A DNA stretch of 32,000 nucleotides. Source: Trichodesmium erythraeum IMS101. Its GTDB lineage: Bacteria > Cyanobacteriota > Cyanobacteriia > Cyanobacteriales > Microcoleaceae. The translations under genes and the position numbers were made by a program. The notes below the pieces were generated by a model that worked only from the letters and a program-made list of their open reading frames with translations, was not told the DNA's origin and did not search any database. The stretch spans positions 6,960,001-6,992,000 of the forward strand of contig NC_008312.1 of assembly GCF_000014265.1 (NCBI RefSeq), read 5' to 3'. This document shows positions 29,575 to 32,000 of this stretch, in pieces (position 1 is the stretch's first letter; every line of letters begins with the position of its first letter).

Positions 29575-30480
29575 TATATGTCTGCTTTTTTTCAAGGTTT
29601 TCCATCCATCCTCAGTGGAAAATTACCTCTTTTTTTCATTCTCTGGAGCTCCGGAAAAAATGCCGCGACTTTGGAAAATCTGATTCCATCCTCATGATTT
29701 TTGTGATATTATACATGTATTGTGGGTTAAGCTTGCCTATATACATGACTTTTTATTCAACCCATTTATGGCCGCAAATCACAGACCATGGAATATTGGG
29801 AAAATTTTTACAGGAGAAAAGAGCAGATATATTTTCACTTTCTGAAGCACCCATAAATATATGTTTGTTTTTTTTCAAAGTCTTTCCATCCATCCTCAGT
29901 GGAAAATTACTCTGCTTTTTCATTCTCTGGAGCTCCAGAAAAAATGCCGCGACTTTGGAAAATCTGATTCCATCCTCATGATTTTTGTGATATTATACAT
30001 GTATTGTGGGTTAAGCTTGCCTATATACATGACTTTTTATTCAACCCATTTATGGCCGCAAATCACAGACCATGGAATATTGGGAAAATTTTTACAGGAG
30101 AAAAGAGCAGATATATTTTCACTTTCTGAAGCACCCATAAATATATGTTTGTTTTTTCCCAAAGTCTTTCCATCCATCCTTAGTGGAAAATTACTCTGCT
30201 TTTTCATTCTCTGGAGCCCCAGAAAAAATGCCGCGACTTTGAAAAATCTGATTCCATCCTCATGATTTTTGTGATATTATAAATGTATTGTGGGGGTAGT
30301 TCGCCTATATACATGACTTTTTATTCAACCCATTTATTTTGGCAAATCACAGACCATGGAATATTGAGGAAATTTTCCCAGAAGCAATAGTAGGAATATT
30401 CTCATCCTGTGAAGCTCCAAAAAAATCCTGAACAAATCTTTCCATCTATCCCTGAATGTGGAAAACCACAAATATTAGGA
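29575..30480. repeat. Tandem array, about 3.2 copies of a 284-bp unit (the last copy is degenerate)
   Basis: tccatccatc occurs at 29601, 29885 and 30169 (spacing 284), and tccatctatc occurs at 30441. The first three copies are more than 95% identical by eye. Confidence 0.9.
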
Positions 30481-30490
30481 ACTTTGTGCT

Positions 30491-31048
30491 ATGTCAGTCA
30501 GGCAGCTAAGACGACTATTTAAGCTCAAAGAATATAACAAAATGCCTTAAGTAGGTATTTTGAAAGAGGACGAGAGAGTAGAACTAATTCGAGGAGAAAT
30601 TCTGAAAAGGTCCCCAGTAGGTCGTCAACATGCAGCGTGGGTGAACCGCTTAAATAAACTATTTCAAAAATTAGGCGATCGCGCTTTAGTGAGCATTCAA
30701 AACCCAGTTGAATTAGATAACTATTCCGAACCAGAACCAGATGTAGTTTTATTAGAACCAAAAGCAGATTTTTATGCATCAGGACATCCCCAGTCTCAGG
30801 ATGTATTTCTCATAGTTGAAGTAGCAGATAGTAGGATTAAATTCGACGGTGAAATTAAAGTTGTTCTCTATGGAGAAAATAATGTAGTTGAGGTTTGGTT
30901 GGTAGATATTAATGAGCAATGTCTGGAGGTGTATCGACAACCTATTGGTAGTATTTATCAAGAAGTACAAAAGTTAAAGCGAGGGGAATTTTTATCTGTT
31001 CAAAGGTTTTCAGATATTAATATTCAAGTCGATGAAATACTGGGGTAA
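30491..31048 (+). pseudogene. Uma2-family (DUF820) PD-(D/E)xK endonuclease with a single in-frame TAA at codon 20
   Basis: The sequence is MSVRQLRRLFKLKEYNKMP*VGILKEDERVELIRGEILKRSPVGRQHAAWVNRL...PEPDVVLL...VFLIVEVADSRIKFDGEIKVVLYGENNVVEVWLVDINEQCLEVY. The EY..M...GIL.EDDRVELI.GEI...SP / PEPD / (I/V)EV.S / YWLVD pattern is typical of Uma2. The ATG at 30491 is in frame with the TTG-initiated track ORF (30560), and the stop lies at 30548-30550. Confidence 0.75.
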
Positions 31049-31143
31049 GATACATGATTTGATGTTGATAAATATGGTGGAAATATTGAAAAAGATCATA
31101 ATTTTTAGGGATGAATTTTTGTCTGACTGAGAAAATAAAAAAG

Positions 31144-31368
31144 TTATCTGTTATGGCTAACAAAATGTTTACGCAGAGAATCATGGATAAAGCGAAAACG
31201 ACCTCCAACTTGTTGAATTAATTTTCTTTGAGTAGCATATTTCAAAAATCTGGCATAGTTCCAAGGAATTAAACCATTTTGGCAGAGAATAAGTCTTAAG
31301 CTAAAGTATTCAATACATGGTGTGCCGCCAGTAATAAACCTACTATTATTCCTAGGGCATATCATCAA
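31144..31368 (-). pseudogene. C-terminal fragment resembling the tail of a cyanobacterial STAND (NACHT-type) NTPase
   Basis: ...IPWNYARFLKYATQRKLIQQVGGRFRFIHDSLRKHF resembles the recurrent ...FLDYA.ER.LL.KVGGGY.FIHRLLQ.YFA ending of NACHT-domain proteins. No upstream NTPase domain is present, because the IS5 relic lies where it would be. Confidence 0.35.
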
Positions 31369-31399
31369 TTACAGAGATTGACATGCAGGGGTATTATAT

Positions 31400-31757
31400 G
31401 CTGTAGGTAGATAGGGATCCCTATGCTAATAAAATTACTGAGGCTACCAAATAAACCCCTCCCAGGAAGTTAACCGAACTTTTATCGTATCTTGTTGCGA
31501 TCCCTCGATACTGTTTGAGTTTGGCAAAGAAAGAAATTTTCGCTCAGATGACGTGCTTTGTACAAGCCTTTGATCATAATTACGCTGTTCTTTTTGGTTT
31601 TTTTTCGGAGGAATCACTACTTCTATGCCTCTTTGGGTTAAGGCCCAATTGCCCGCTCTTGAGCATCATAAGCTTTATCCCCTAATAGCGCTTCTGCTTC
31701 CACCATCGGTAATAAAACATCTGCCCCCTCCAAGTCAGAGGCTTGAGCTATTGTCAT
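31400..31757 (-). mobile_element. IS5-family (IS4/IS5 DDE) transposase C-terminal relic, frameshifted
   Basis: Minus-strand fragments are MTIAQASDLEGADVLLPMVEAEALLGDKAYDAQER..., ...IPPKKNQKEQRNYD... and ...GLYKARHLSENFF..., spread over different frames. They match the ADKGYD...IPPK.NRK...Y..R..IEN.F..LK block of IS5-family transposases. I identified no intact ORF and no terminal repeats. Confidence 0.65.
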
Positions 31758-31776
31758 CTACTTTTTCAGCAATCTG

Positions 31777-32000
31777 TTAGTATGGCAGGCCTTCTTCAAT
31801 TGGGAGGGCAGGATCACGGGACCATTCATTCCAGGATCCAAAATATATTTTCACGTCCTTCACACCTGCCTCTTTAAGAGCAAGATAGGTGTTGGAGGCC
31901 CGCGCACCCTTGAAGCAATAAAGTGCAACCGGCGTTTCTGGTGTGATGCCTACTGTGGCGCATTCTGCAAGGACTTCTTCCTTGTTCTTGAGCATTAACC
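31777..32000 (-). CDS. Rhodanese-domain sulfurtransferase (thiosulfate/3-mercaptopyruvate type), C-terminal part; the gene continues beyond the window end
   Basis: ...PVALYCFKGARASNTYLALKEAGVKDVKIYFGSWNEWSRDPALPIEEG carries the active-site loop CxxGxR(A/S) followed by the Y.GSW.EW motif of the catalytic rhodanese domain. Confidence 0.8.
   Translation of the reverse strand, partial: LMLKNKEEVLAECATVGITPETPVALYCFKGARASNTYLALKEAGVKDVKIYFGSWNEWSRDPALPIEEGLPY

Noticed and set aside
29694-30265. Two overlapping plus-strand ORFs (95 and 134 aa)
   Set aside because: Both are products of the 284-bp repeat. The unit length is not divisible by three, and the same DNA is read in different frames in successive copies.
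30525-31208. Minus-strand ORFs 30525-30779, 30779-30970 and 31017-31208
   Set aside because: The first two are antisense to the Uma2 gene. The third lies in AT-rich spacer and has no motif.
1-32000. tRNA, rRNA, tmRNA, RNase P or riboswitch genes
   Set aside because: I found no cloverleaf-like or T-loop (GTTCGAATC-type) signatures or other recognisable RNA gene motifs by eye. Absence cannot be proven without tRNAscan-SE or Infernal.

Overview
AT-rich cyanobacterial chromosomal segment. The taxon call rests on at least 18 HIP1 octamers (GCGATCGC), an SLH+OprB-type porin, a CtpA-type protease, a PEP-CTERM relic and a heptamer STRR. Long ORF-free spacers, many decayed genes, a group II intron relic and abundant tandem repeats resemble what is described for Trichodesmium-like genomes, but I cannot verify the taxon without a search. 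Genes that look intact: EF-G-like GTPase (partial, 1-592 -), Xi-class GST / glutathionyl-hydroquinone reductase (2470-3432 +), amino-acid-type periplasmic binding protein (5009-5869 -), SLH/OprB porin (5887-7656 -), DUF2252 protein (8568-10028 +), C-terminal processing protease (12389-13714 -), IspG (17513-18733 -), a Q-rich coiled-coil membrane protein (20791-21576 -), a three-gene operon of m5C methyltransferase, restriction endonuclease and a 65-aa membrane protein (22398-24644 +), UvrA (26412-29426 -) and a partial rhodanese (31777-32000 -). By my own annotation, intact coding sequence is only about 14.4 kb of 32 kb. The rest is spacer, five tandem-repeat arrays and at least nine gene or mobile-element relics: a TPR fragment, a PEP-CTERM protein, two alpha/beta-hydrolase paralogs, TnpB, a group II intron with its RT, Uma2, a STAND-like fragment and an IS5 transposase. 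I see no convincing multi-gene system of unknown function. The most unusual features are (i) a 1.27-kb nested 174/117-bp tandem array with phased HIP1 sites and 14 copies of a 7-12-7 palindrome, starting 12 nt after the uvrA stop; (ii) uvrA bracketed on both sides by unrelated repeat arrays; and (iii) an R-M operon pairing a C5-cytosine methyltransferase with a BsuBI/PstI-like nuclease and a small membrane protein. All homology statements come from motif recognition by eye; no searches were run.
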